DNA of 64,000 bases from Anthoceros angustus (Eukaryota; Plantae; Anthocerotophyta): positions 868,001-932,000 of the forward strand of contig MU008170.1 in the NCBI GenBank assembly GCA_010909165.1, in the 5' to 3' direction. The translations under genes were made by a program, and so were the position numbers. The notes beneath the pieces were generated by a model. The model had not been told where the DNA came from. It saw nothing but the letters and a program-made list of their open reading frames with translations, and searched no databases. Numbering within the stretch: the first letter of the stretch is position 1; each line of letters opens with the position of its first letter. Positions 49,269 through 62,100 of this stretch are shown here, piece after piece.

Positions 49269-51035
49269 TCACCCCATTCTGGGAGAGGCGTTTTGCAGAG
49301 CACTTAGCATCAGCATGGCTCCGAGAAAGTTTACTGCACCCAACTGCCATGCCCAAGGAGCTCTTAGGATAAACTGATTGGCGGTGGAAATAACGAAATT
49401 GCATTTCCGGTGTCAGGAAACGACAGACTCACCAGAAGAAGTGGGGGCGATATGGCACCTATCGAAACAAGCCAGCAGAAACTGAAGAACAAGAACTGCG
49501 AATGAAGCACAGAATGAGACGTCAATGAAATGCACGTCATGCCGCAGTGGCTTGGAAACCGAAACCGAAACGATGGCTTAGGGCTTACCATCCGCCCCAC
49601 TACTGTTGACAGGTAGAAAGCATCTGCACCATTCATGCCCTGTGCATCACCCAGAGCAGTGCCGATGTAGTAGACTCCAAAGACCTACAGCCACCCCATG
49701 GAATCGCGTCATTCCTCTGAAGACAGCTGTGCTTGTATTGTAAAACAGCACCTGCCAGTAAGCTTTGGTGTTGCTTACCACAGCAAGGACGGCTCCAACT
49801 TGAATCCAGCCAACAGAGACGCTGTGAAGGTCAAACAGAAGACCTGCAAGACTTCAATCTGGTTATGACACGTGATGAGCCAAGGATAAGGTAGCTGAAC
49901 AGTACACTACGATAGGCTACTCACCAAAGATTTTCTTGGGAAACAGGAGAGTTGCAAATCCAAGTATTGAGATGTAACATCCTGTGAACAAAGCTACTTG
50001 TGCTGGCCTTCGCATTTTCTCCACGGTCCTGCCCTTCTCCAATCTCTGAGTGCTCCTCATCCTTTCCATTCGTCTTGTTCCAACCATTAGCAGGTCTGGA
50101 ATGACTTCTTCGCTCACATTGAACTTGTCAAAGCGCTGTTCTGATGCTGGCCGAATGCTGCAGTCATGGAGAGGGGAGGCACATCAGACACCATTCATGC
50201 AACCAGAACTCCACCTCCAAAGCCCTCCCGACTTCCTAAAGAGAGACGCTACAGCAAGGCTTACAAGGAGGTAAGAGGACTGCTTCTTTTACCAAATCAC
50301 ACCATCCTTTGACAACGATGCCACTTCAGGGTGAGGAGCAACCTCTCCATCGGGACCAGCTGCCATTTTGTTAGAGATTCGAATCTCGTTAGGCGCCATG
50401 CTGAGAGCCACAATGACGGCATCACTATCACCCGACCGCCCGGCATGAGCATCTCCCAGAAGCCGACCCAGCACGATCACATCTCCATCTGCCACAACAT
50501 GACCTCCCCTATTTACATCACCCATGACCTGTTACAGAATAAAAACATGGCATTAAAGCCAACAACACAAACAATTGACCAACCAGTAGCGCCACCCTTT
50601 GTCTCAGAGCCATCAGTCGTGACTTACTACGATAGTGCCTGAATGCTCCACAAATTCTCCGAACCGAATTGTTCTTCTGATGTACAGGCAAGGAGCCCCT
50701 TGAGCTGCTTCTTTCGATTTCTGCTTCTCCTTGGGTGCAGTCACCTGGTGAAGCCAGGACCACGGGGGATCAGGTTTTCCATACACCTGGAACTCCGGTT
50801 TCCTGGTCCAGAAGCTCGCGCCTCCTCCTGCTTGCGCCCTCGGAGCATGTCTCTGTCCCGCAATCGTTCTTCTTCCGGACCAAGTCCACACCGTCTCTCC
50901 GCAACACGCATCACTCCAGCAAGCCCCACTCCTTAGACCTAGAGGCACCTGCGCACTTCTAATTCTACCCGCGCTAAACCCAAATGCGGCCTGATCCAGG
51001 CGAGACTCAACTGGCAGAAGGAGCTGAGAAGACAT
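49269..51035 (-). CDS. MinC C-terminal-domain protein with putative plastid transit peptide, fused to a multi-pass membrane domain
   Basis: Seven GT-AG exons, frame-consistent to TGA: 51035-50628, 50528-50293, 50158-49925, 49843-49779, 49684-49589, 49495-49433, 49343-49269. MinC_C-like region LYIRRTIRFGEFVEHSGTIVVMGDVNRGGHVVADGDVIVLGRLLGDAHAG...AVIVALSMAPNEIRI...PEVA. An alternative in-frame ATG lies at 51170. Confidence 0.85.
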
Positions 51036-51733
51036 AGCAGACCCACATCCCACTCTGCCTGTAAGATCCCGCCAGACAAGAAGTCCAGGCTCCGGTCCCG
51101 ATAAAAAATCTTCCCGCGCTTGCGTCTTGATGAGGGCGTTGCCCCACGCAATGTGCACAGTCCGGGCCATCACTGCTTCTTCAAACGTCTGCCTGGATGA
51201 TGTTGTTCTGCAGGTCTGGTTGTTTGTCCACACTCCAATCTGGCTACAAAAATCTCGAGCCTGTGCATCAGAAGAGCGACGATGTCTCTGTACCAGATGA
51301 TCGAGAGGACTGACAGAAAGCCAAAGGTTGCTGACATCCCCAACGAATTTTTTCTTCACCGATGATCGACTTACCCAGCATTTTCAGCCAGCGATGCAAT
51401 GGCGTTGAGGGATCGGCTGGCATTCGACTTTGCGTTCCTTTTTCGGTTTCATGGCACATGTACACCACAAAGCCCAAAACCCTGCAAGGCGTATGTCCTG
51501 AGCAGACAAGAGTCTGGTGATAATTTAAACACTCCCTCCAAGATGGTATGCTATGGAGTCCGGCCACCGGCGTTTCTTTCGAACAACAGTCATAGAGTCC
51601 TCAACTGCGTGTACCAGCAGCAGCAACTGTGGCTCATCACGAACTGAACAAGGGAGAGCGATGGAGGAAGAGCAATGTCGTTAATCTGACAACAGGGGGA
51701 TGGGCGAGTGCTTGTGTACAGCTCTCATTGACG

Positions 51734-54700
51734 TCAAGAAGAATTGCTCTCATATGGATGTGACAGCCAAGGATGTTTCAGTGCCTCAGAGGAGCTTGGA
51801 CGCTTCTCTGGATTTATCTGTAGAAGGAAACCGACAAAGTTGACAAACCCTTGATCTCCCATTCGCAAGCGGTGTGCTAGCGACGTCTTCTTGGGTAGAA
51901 GGTACTCCAACTGGTCCGTGTCCTGCAGGGAAGCAGCCATCTCAAGCGACCAAAATCAGCTCATCATGGGCAAAGGATGCAACCCTCTTGCTACCAAGAG
52001 ACCAAGAGGGATAGGACATGCACACTAAATGCAGGCTCTTCGCAAAACCTTAAACACAACACCAACATTTTCAGGGCTTAAAGGAAATATACTCACTGGA
52101 TTCCGCTCATACAGAGTGTAATTTCTTGTAAAGTACTTGTGGGTGTCATGTCCTCTAGCAAGCATATCAGGGTCGAATGGCCCAAGAATGCCCACAACTC
52201 TTGCAAGTAAAGTCGCAATAGAATCATTCTGGAAAAGTACCTGCATCGGTCCACAACCTCGGTTGGCATCTAGATGTTTATGTCCGCTGAGTTCTCACCC
52301 AATCAACAGTCACAACAGGAAATGGTGAAAAGGGGTGGAACTTACGTTCCCAGAACAAAGCTCTGCCAGTATGCAGCCCAGAGACCAGATGTCTATCTTC
52401 TGGTCATAGGGGAGTCCTATGATGACTTCTGGTGCACGGTAGGACCGTGACTGCACATAAGAGCAAAGATGGTCCGTTTGAAAGCAGCTACTGCCAAGGT
52501 CAATCACCTTAACCTCGCAGCGGCTGTAGCTCTTGACCAAAATGTTTTCAGGCTTCAAATCGCAGTGGATGAGACCCAAACCATGAATGAATTCCAGCGC
52601 CTCTAGACATTGTCGAGTGATAGACTGCAAATGATCATGCACAAGGTACAAGCTTGACATGTAAGAGGCAAATACAATGAGAAATGGCTGAAATCAGATA
52701 CCCACTCCAAACGAACCACGCAAGCCCCTGCATCAACAGAGTATGCTCACCTGCAATCTATGCATTGTGAAATATACTTCTCCTCCAGACTCCCTGTTGT
52801 ACTTGTGGAACTCATAAAGATTTGCACGCAATAGTTCGCACACAATGAAGAGGTGCTCCTGCACTTGTATTTCGTCAGGAACTTGCCAAGACGCTTCCTC
52901 CTAATCTCATAGAAACACACATGAATGTGCAACACTTACTCGGTGATAGAAATAGTCATACAGTCGCAGGACATGATATTTGTCAGCAGGATCATTTTTG
53001 TTGATGAACTTGAGGAGCTTGATTTCATCAAGACTCTGATCAAAAAAATCTTTGTTATTCTTAATAATCTTCATGCAGACATCCATTCCCGTTTGCAAGT
53101 CGTGAGCTTGAATTGCTCTGCTGAAAGCTGCTGCTCCTAAATACTCTGTAACTTGATAACGACCAGCTATCACCGAATTTATCACCACAGGGAACTCCTT
53201 GTCTTCCTCAAATCCAGTCCTACAAGACACTTAGCTTATCACTGGGTATTAGATAGTAAAAATTTTCAAGACAAAGCATACGCAGGCTACAATAGCTTCA
53301 CTACGTCTTTCACACGTCCTGGTAAATGCACCTCAGAAATGCACAAACAGAAATCTCAAGGGCATTACACTTGTATGCCCACTCATGTCCTCAAGGAGAT
53401 GAATGGGCATACAAGTGTCATGTCCTTGAACCAGAAAGACCATGCACAAAATGCCACAGCTTCTGCTTAAACCTGAAATACCATGGAAAGACAACAGCTT
53501 TTGCAGACACACATGAACAACTCCCTTACTTATTTTTTCGATGCACTATTTTCAGGTGAAAAGTCTCAAACTCTTCTTCCTCCGGTTGTGGGTGTTTTTG
53601 GAACAATGTTCCAGCTCGTGGGGCCCGGGATATGTGATCCAGGTCCACATCCTCATGCTCAAGTTTTTCTGTTCTCAGTCTCTCCTGGTCCTCTTGCTTC
53701 TTGTCCACAAGCAGTTGCGCATCACTTTGCCCTTGCCGGAGATTTAGTGATAGCGCTAGCTCCAACTCCAGTTCTTTACCCTGGTCGTCCTGTCCCCCAT
53801 TTTCAGGCTCCTGGCCTGCCCCTTGCTCCAGCCTATCCTTCAAACCCTGTTCATGCCCTTGACCGAGACTCCTCCTCTGCATCTGCCCTTGCTCCTGCCG
53901 CTCCTCCTCCTTCTGTACTTGCCCCTGCCCGGACCACAGCCGTAGGTGGCCCTGCCCTTCCTTCTCCTGCCCCGGCACCTCACCATGCCCTCGTCCCTGC
54001 TCATCCTCATGCCTATGACCTTCACCTAGCTCTTGCCTTGCACCTGTGCCTGCCGCTGGCCCCGGGCCCAGCCGATCTTCACCAGGTCCGTGTCCCAAAA
54101 CCTGGCCTATTCCATGCCAGGGCCCCGGCCCTTGACCCTGCCCTTGCTCGCCACCAGAAACATCCCTTGCATCATCCATATGAGCTTGACCAACCGTAGA
54201 TAGACTTAAAAGACCCTCAGTCGTGGAGGCAGCAAGTGGACCGGACTCCGTGCTCAGCCGCCTCCATGAAGCCAATGTTCGATCAGGTGCTATGATCGCA
54301 TCACCAAAGCTGGTACTTTGGGTCGCCACATCTACCAGGTCCTTCACTGCCCATGAAGAGCTCTTCAAGTCTGCATTCAGCATCACAGTTGTTTCACCGG
54401 GTCCACAAGGCGGGGAGAAAGAAAACCCTTCAAACCCAGAGGCCTCACCAACTTCTTGCTGGTGCTTGACCTTCACAGACGGGTCAGCTACCAGTCTTGC
54501 CCGCTCTGCCATGCACCACTCATGGCTGCATGGTTCAGCACAAACACTGGGAATACTGTCCCCTCCATCCAACGGCGGTCCCACTAGTCTGCCTTCATCA
54601 TCAACAGCTTGTGCCTGCGAACTTCTGCTCTTCCAAACTGCAAACCCGTCAGACCTGGAGCCTCCTGCCTCAAAGTCCATAAAACCGTCTCCTCCATTGC

Positions 54701-55897
54701 TGGACGGCCCCCCGCCATCCCTCACATCACCCCTCCTATCACCCCAGAACTGCACTCCATAACTACCCTCCGCAAGGCTTCCGGACACCGGAGGATCAAC
54801 CACATTCGATCGGAAGTCGTAGAAATCGGGATCCGGCATTGCCAGGTGCACTTCAGCGCCCTGTGCATCTGCCTGCTGCACGGTTGTGTCCACCAGATCA
54901 TCCGGACTGCCAGGCTTCAGACTCTCCACAGCCTCCAGCTTATCCGGCTTATTCAGATAATACTCCTCTCCCGAGAAATACGAGTCGTCCTCCACAAAGG
55001 ACGGATTCTCCAAATCATCTCTCTCATTCTCACTTTCAGGCAGAGCCTGGCTGCCCAGACTGGGCGTTGCCTGCTCATCCTCACTCGGATAATCCACCTC
55101 ATGTGTTAGAAACCACTCCTCGTCCACAATAGGCTGTCTGTGATAGCCAGGGTCATCATCATCGTCATAAGTGTCCGAATTCCAATCTTCGTCCGAAATA
55201 TCACTCCCAAAATCGCTCGGCCCAGCTTCGGCAGTCGCAAACCCTGACAGCAGCTCCAGCCCATTTCCCACTATACCCTGGCTAACCGACGGCCGGCCAA
55301 TTCTTGCACCTGCAAATGCAGCACACTCCATGTTAAAGCCAAACACGAAATAACCAAAGAAAAAGAAATCATTTTCTGGGCCAGTCCATGCAAAGCCCAG
55401 CCTTTGATTCCACCTTTCCCTGACCGATGCACAGCGTTCCCCAAGTGAAAGGCGTCGGCAGAGCTGCCTCGCCACTCCATTGCTGCAAACAGGAAGACAG
55501 CTGAGAATTACATGACTCCAAACGACTTACGGGAGCAGGCAGCATGTCTGACAGGCCATATATATACCTGAAGAAGCTGTATCCCGGCCTACAGGTACAT
55601 CCAGAAAGGAGCCCAACCCGGAGGCAAACTCTGGAACACTCAACCACGTGCAAGGGTCCCCTGCCATTGCCCGCTCTTCCATGGGACCAAGGCTGTGCTC
55701 CAGTTTGTGACCTGCTGAGTGAAGCTTGAGAGGAGGAAGTTTGGGAAGTTCTGCGGCAATTTGAGCCAGCGTCTTGTCATTCATCTTTCTCTTGGCCTGA
55801 TCTCGTTCAATCCTTGGGGACGACTTCCCCCTGGCACAGCATGTTGTTGCACCACAACAGCCACGCCCCGCCCTGCTTGCTCCTCCCCCACGCGCAC
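51734..55897 (-). CDS. Plant DYRK-like (DYRKP) CMGC protein kinase, 5' end not found
   Basis: KIVHRKN|RTGFEEDK, YLGAAAFS, KIIKNNKDFFDQSLDEIKLL, IHCDLKPENIL, IDLGSSCF, YVQSRSYRAPEV. N-terminal LPKLPPLKL, GSFLDVPVG and WFLTHEVDYPS. The upstream-most visible exon has a candidate acceptor at 55898-55899. Confidence 0.9.
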
Positions 55898-56099
55898 CTT
55901 TACAACATACAAGCAATACATTATTATGCTTTTATGCGCTCTGCCGCCCTTGGTAGACGGGCTCATTATAGCTCCCATTCCGCGGGGGAGGAAAATCAGA
56001 AAAACACATTTGTGCGTTATCTTTCGTCTCAAAAAAATTCGAACACAAACGCACATTGGTGCATCGCTTGAATCGCATAAGAACATAGGTACATCCGCT

Positions 56100-59000
56100 A
56101 AATCGCTAAAAGGGCATATGTACATCCCCCTCTTATGGGGGCCTTCGGCCCCCCACGGGGAATCGCCATAAGGAGTATACAAGTTATATGTCTAGTAAAT
56201 ATCGGGGACGCTTTGTCCTTGGCACAAGAGACCTTGACATCCTCGGTCAAATATCCACAAGTTGTTTCCTGAATCGTGCTGTTCTCGTTTATTCCTGCCT
56301 TCTCCTATGGTGCAGTCCACTCCTTCAGTCAAGGACACCCCCTGTCCAGTCTGCACTCAGCTATGCTCTGGAGTCAAGGGGGTGAAATATCACATTGGGC
56401 TCAAACACAAGGACTTCGATCGAACCACCTGGGAGGTGTAGGTGAGGCTTGCTTCTTCTAGTGGGGCTATACATCTAGTTTCGAGTTTGGATGTCCTCGG
56501 CCCGCCTCTAGAGTCCTGGCAGTGGTTGTGAATGCAATTGGATCATCTATTCACCCTATTTAAAGCGTGCTTTCTCGGACTCTGCCTTTTTCGATGTCTC
56601 CCGAGGCGCCTACATGACCACGTTCGCCTTGCCTGCCGGCTTCCTCTGGATCACCTTGCGCTGGACCCTGGGGACGAGGCGGCTTGGACTTTGTTCTTTT
56701 TTCTTCCTCGGTGGTGTCTTTGTCGCTCCTGGGATAGTTCTTCCGGCCATAGGGAGGTGGTGTCTTGTCTCCGTCGGTTCTGGGCCGGGGACTGGGAAGC
56801 TCTGCAGGAGGAAGGGGGGTCGCAGCAAGATCTAGGCTGGAGGCTGCCCAGGTGGATCGGGTCTGTCAGGACCCCGCCAAGGCACGGTTCAAGAGGTGTC
56901 TCTTGCTAGGCCGTGCTGCGAGTACGCCAGGGCTGCCCGGGCACGTCCCCCGGAGCCGGTGGCGCCAGCCTCCGAGGACACCATCTCTGCGCTCCACGCC
57001 CTACATCCGACCCCAGAAGACCTCCTTCCACAGGATATCTGGGATTGCGTGTCAGACGAGCCTTTTTGTCTCGATAGGGGAGTCTTCGGTAGGGCTCTTA
57101 CCACTGCCCCGCGGCTTTCTACGGGTGCTTTGTCTGGGACAATCTACGATCACCTTTGGGATTACTTTGCTCCCGAGGATCCTTCTAATGGTTTCTTGGA
57201 GCTCTTCGTTCTAGCGCCAGCAGGTGGCCCGGGGAGAGACTCCTCACCAGATCTCTCGAGTGTTGGCGGCCAGCAGGATACTAGCTATGGAGAAGCCCAC
57301 ATATGGGGTGCACCCTATTACCGTTGGGGAGGCATTCTTACGCCTCGTAGGTCGCAGCATTGCTATCCAACTTCGGGAGCAGTTCTAGGCGCATCTTTGC
57401 CCCCACCAATTTGGGATTGCCACTCCGGGGGGTTGTAAGTCGGCTGCGTTTGGTATCGCAGCGGTTCTGGAGTCACATCAAGATTGGGTCTCCTTGCAGG
57501 AGGACGTTGAGAACGCTTTCAACACGGTCTCTAGGACACCTGGCAAGTCTTATTCCTTTCGTTCGCTCTTTCTATGGTTCCCCGTCTACCCTCTACTTTC
57601 AGCACGGACCATCTAAGGAAGGCATTACTGTGCTGGACTTGGTGACCGGCACAAGGCAGGGGATCCCTTGAGGGGTGCCCTCTTTGCCGTAGCACACTTA
57701 AGGGCCTTGGCCCTTACTGCCGACGCGGTCGAGAAGTGTCTCTTTCCGTCCGTGGTGGACAACTCTCATATCTTGAGATCCGCGGGCATGGTGAAGGAAG
57801 CTTTCGCACTCTTTGCCTCAAAACTTTCCCACCTAGGTTTGAGGGTAAAGATTCTGAAGTGCATGGTTTGGTCCCCGTTTGGCATTACTCCCTCTCTTCA
57901 ATTTCCTGGGGGGGGACATAGTCCCTTTGCAGGGACTTCATGTCTTGGGGGTCCCAGTGGGACCTCCGGCCTTTGCTCAGGGTTTTGTGGATGAGGCTTT
58001 GAAGGAGGACTTGGTCCACATCGGCGACCTATCTCTATTAGGGGACCCTCATGTGGTATTTGGCATCCTTTCGTCCTGCTTCGTGCATCGACTGGGTTAT
58101 CTCACCTGGACGGTGGCTCCCTCCCTAGCTTTTCTATTAAGCCTGCGGAATTTTGATCTATAGAATATGCAAGCACTTACAGACATTATCGGGCCGAGGA
58201 TCTTCGAGTATGCCGTGGGGGCCTTGCTCAACGGCATGCGTCCCTTCCTATCGCTTTTGGGGGCACAGGTTTGCTGCACTTGGAGGCCTTTGCGCTAGCG
58301 GCCTTCTTTGGGAGCTGGGCCCTTTCTGCCCCCGTCTTCACCGCTCATTTCTTTTTGGGATGTTCCCATCTGGGAGGCCTTCGTCTCGGGTGTTGAGAAG
58401 GGGGCCTTCCCTCCTTTAAGTTGGCCAGGGACTCCCTTTCCTCCGAGGCTAGGGCAGCCATGCCTCCCTTTTCCACGTTTTCCGTGGAAAGGGCTACCTG
58501 GCCTTAAGGCCTCTCTCCCGAGCTATATAGGCAAGCACAGCGGGCAATCCTTTTGGAATCTACTAATCCCCGGCCTATTTGTGCCCGCATCCGCTCTTGC
58601 TCAGGGAAGGGAGCAGGCTCCTTGCTTCGGGCTCGGCCTTGCATCCAAGCGTTTCCAATCGCAAAGCTTCTTTTTCTACTGCAATGAGGTTAGATTTGGT
58701 CTAGCCTATGGCCTATTGTCTCTCAGCCCCAGTTGTGGGGCCCCCCTCGACAAATCAGGGTCCCACCTGGCTCGCTATCCAATTGGAGGGCAACGTATCG
58801 CTACACATGACCCCGTTCGCGACGTCATGTTCTCGATGGCCAAGGAGAGCAGATATTTTCCATTCAGGGAGCGTCCATATACCCTGCACAATCGGGTGTC
58901 GGTCAGGGCGGATCTATTTCTAATTTAGGGGGACCAAATCTCTGTTGCGGATGTCGTCGTAACGGATCCTACCCGAAACTCCATTTGTAAGCATGTCATT

Positions 59001-59176
59001 ATCAATCCTCTTGGCTGGGCGGTGGAGGGATGCACAACTGCTAAGATACACAAGTACACACCTTTGCAGGACGGCCATGCCTTCTCCCCCCTCGCCATTA
59101 CTCAAGGGGCTATGGGCAAGGATTTTTCCTAGCTCATTAAGAACTGTGCTAAAGCCTACCACAGTCATTGGAACGG
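56100..59176 (+). mobile_element. CRE-like REL non-LTR retrotransposon, degenerate copy 2, 3'-truncated
   Basis: Colinear with copy 1 from about CCCCTCT (1964/56126) to GCCTACCA.AGTC (5891/59154). Keeps the RT core (QGIP, SVVDNSHIL, VLGVPVG) and the REL region (CGAPLDKSGSHL, THDPVRD, RADLFL). Confidence 0.82.
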
Positions 59177-62100
59177 GGTGGCTTGCGGGAAGTGCAAGCG
59201 ACCAACCCATCCTGTTGGTACCTGCTCGAAAACGTGTGTGGTGCGTTCGACAGACGTGAAGATGTCCGGAAACAGTACGGGCAACTCAGAGACTGGCTGG
59301 GAGAAGAGTTTATTGTGGATGCCGTGCAGACCGGTTCATATGCACATCGAGTGCGAAGCTTCTGGACCAATGTGGGCAGTGTGACAACCCTGAGGCATCA
59401 CCGGCGGTTGACGGTACCAGCACCGCGCCGTGTAGAGGACATTCTGGGTCCGGGACGACTGCCACAACCGGTACGCAAGGGAGATAAAGTACCTCATTAT
59501 CCAGTGAACGAGGTGGGAAAGCCAAGAAGGGCGTGGCCCACACTCGTCAAGACCGTGCAATCTTATGCATGTAGGAAAGGGGGAGAAGGCATGGTGCTGG
59601 ACACAAAGGGAAATGAAGTAGGGGAGCCAAGCGATATGAGGCGAGAACAAGCCATGGGATTTGGTGCAGGTGGGACTTACACGCCTGGTGTGTCGGAATC
59701 GGCCCGATGCAGGTTGATCGGGCAAGCCTTCGACATAACTTGCATGCAATGGTTGATAACTGCAGGCTTGGCTATACAGATAGCCATGGGTCGAGAGAAT
59801 GGAGAGGAGCGTCTGATGATCTGTAAAGATGAACTTACATCTGCGTCGGAGAAGCACGAACGTGCCGCCAACACAGCAGCCTCTGTTACCTCGCCACAAG
59901 AAAGGAACTATGAGAATCCGGTCGATGATTGGCAAATATGTGAAGATTTGCAACCGGCTAAACGGCAAAGGATCCGAGACATGCTACTTAGAAATCGTGG
60001 CACCTTCGCGTTCAGTTGGGCCGAGTTGGGGCGGTATGATCGCATCAAGTTCAAGATCACCACTACCACCAATGAACCTGTGTTTCGAAGAAGACACAAA
60101 CTGAGTCCCATGGAATGGGATATCGTAGACAAGCGGTGCAAGGAACTAGCTGCGGCTGGGCTGATCATGAAATCAACATCGCAATATGCTGCAGCCACCG
60201 TGCTGCCACTCAAAAAGGATGAACATGGGGAATGGAAGGATAGGAGAATGTGTGGGGATTACCGAGCTCTGAATGAAATAACGCCCATGGAACGGTATCC
60301 CATGCCCACGCCTGATGAAATCTTTGACACTATTGGTGAAGCCAAGTACTTCACCACCCTTGATTTTCGATCTGGGTTCAATCAGATTGTAATTGAGGAG
60401 GAGGACAAGTGCAAGACAGCGTTTTGGGGCAAAGAGCAGCTGTGGGAATGGGAGACCATGCCGTTCGGATTGAAGAATGCATCCATATATTTTCAACGAG
60501 TGGCTGACTTGGAACTGCAAGGGCTGGCATTTGTCAAGTATTACATCGATGACATTCTGGTGTTCAGCAATAACTTGGAGGAACACATTGAGCACTTAGA
60601 GGTGCTATTGCAGCGCTTGGCTCACCCCAAGAAATGCAAGTTCGCATATAGGGAGATAGAATACCTGGGGCACAAGATTGTGCCAGGAGGTGTGCTGCCA
60701 CAATTGGCCAAAGTGCAGGCGATGAGTCTCATGCCCAGACCAAAGGATGTGGCCACCTTGAGGCGTTCACAGGCCCGTGAACTATTATCGTCGGTTTATA
60801 AGAGACATGAGCGAACACGCAAGCCACTATATGAGCTACTCAAAAGGAAACTCATTGCACGGAGGCGGGAGCAGAGCAAGCGTGGCGAGTTGAAGCGGTT
60901 GGCGAGAGGCCAATGCTTAAGAGGCTTAACAGCGGGCCCTTAAATCTGTGCAGTTAGGCTATAGGCATTGGCGCCGTGCTTGCCCAAGCAGACGAGGAAG
61001 GGAGAGAGCGGGTTGTGGCGTATGCGAGCAGATCGAATAACACTACGGAGGCCAATTATTCGTCTTACGAAGGGGAGTGTCTTGCCGCTGTATGGGCGGT
61101 CCTGCACTTTAGAGTATACCTATTTGGTCCAAGTTTTCAATTGGTCACGGATCATCAGCTACTACACTGGCTGATGACCAACATGAAGCTAAGCAGGAAG
61201 CTTGCTAGGTGGGCTCTCTTGCTATCCGAATATGACATGCAAATTGTACACCGCGCTGGAAAAGTACATCTCAATGCCGATGGGCTCAGTAGGAACCCGA
61301 TGTGTGGGGCAGAAGACATCACTGGGGCGAGACAAGACTTGGATCATGCATTTGCCCGGTGTGTATTTGGCGATCGTCCTTGGAACCAGGCTGATCATGA
61401 AATCAACATCGCAATATGCAGCCGTCTGCGCCAAGGATGAACATGGGGAATGGAAGGATAGGAGAATGTGTGGGGATTACGAGCTCGAATGAAATAACGC
61501 CCATGGAGCGGTATCCCATGCCCACCGATGAAATCTTTGACACTATTGGTGAAGCCAAGTACTTCACCACCCTTGATTTTCGATCCGGGTTCAATCAGTT
61601 GTAATTGAGGAGGAGGACAAGTGCAAGACAGCTTTTGGGGCAAAGAGCGGTGGAATGGGAGACCATGCCGTTCGGATTGAAGAATGCATCCATATATTTT
61701 CAACGAGTGGTGACTTGGAACGCAAGCATTTGTCAAGTATTACATCGATGACATTCGGTGTTCAAGAATAACTTGGAGGAACACATTGAGCACTTAGAGG
61801 TGCTATTGGTAACAGCTCACCCAAGAATGCAAGTTCGCATATAGGAGATAGAATACAGGGCACAAGATTGTGCCGGAGGTGTGCCGCCACAATTGGCCAA
61901 AGTGCGATGAGTCTCATGCCCGGACCAAAGGATGTGGCCACCTTGAGGCGTTCACAGGCGGTGAACTATTATCGTCGGTTTATAAGAGACATGAGCGAAC
62001 ACGCAAGCCACTATATGAGCCACTCAAAAGGAAACTCATGGAGGCAGAGCAAGAGCAAGCGTGGCGAGTTGAAGCGGTTGGCGAGAGGCCAATGCTTAAG

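Noticed and set aside
56125-56175. GGGGGCC-TTC-GGCCCCC hairpin at the CRE 5' region as a possible HDV-like ribozyme
   Set aside because: No nested double pseudoknot or catalytic J4/2 could be built by eye, and the pairing differs in copy 1. A covariance-model search would be needed.
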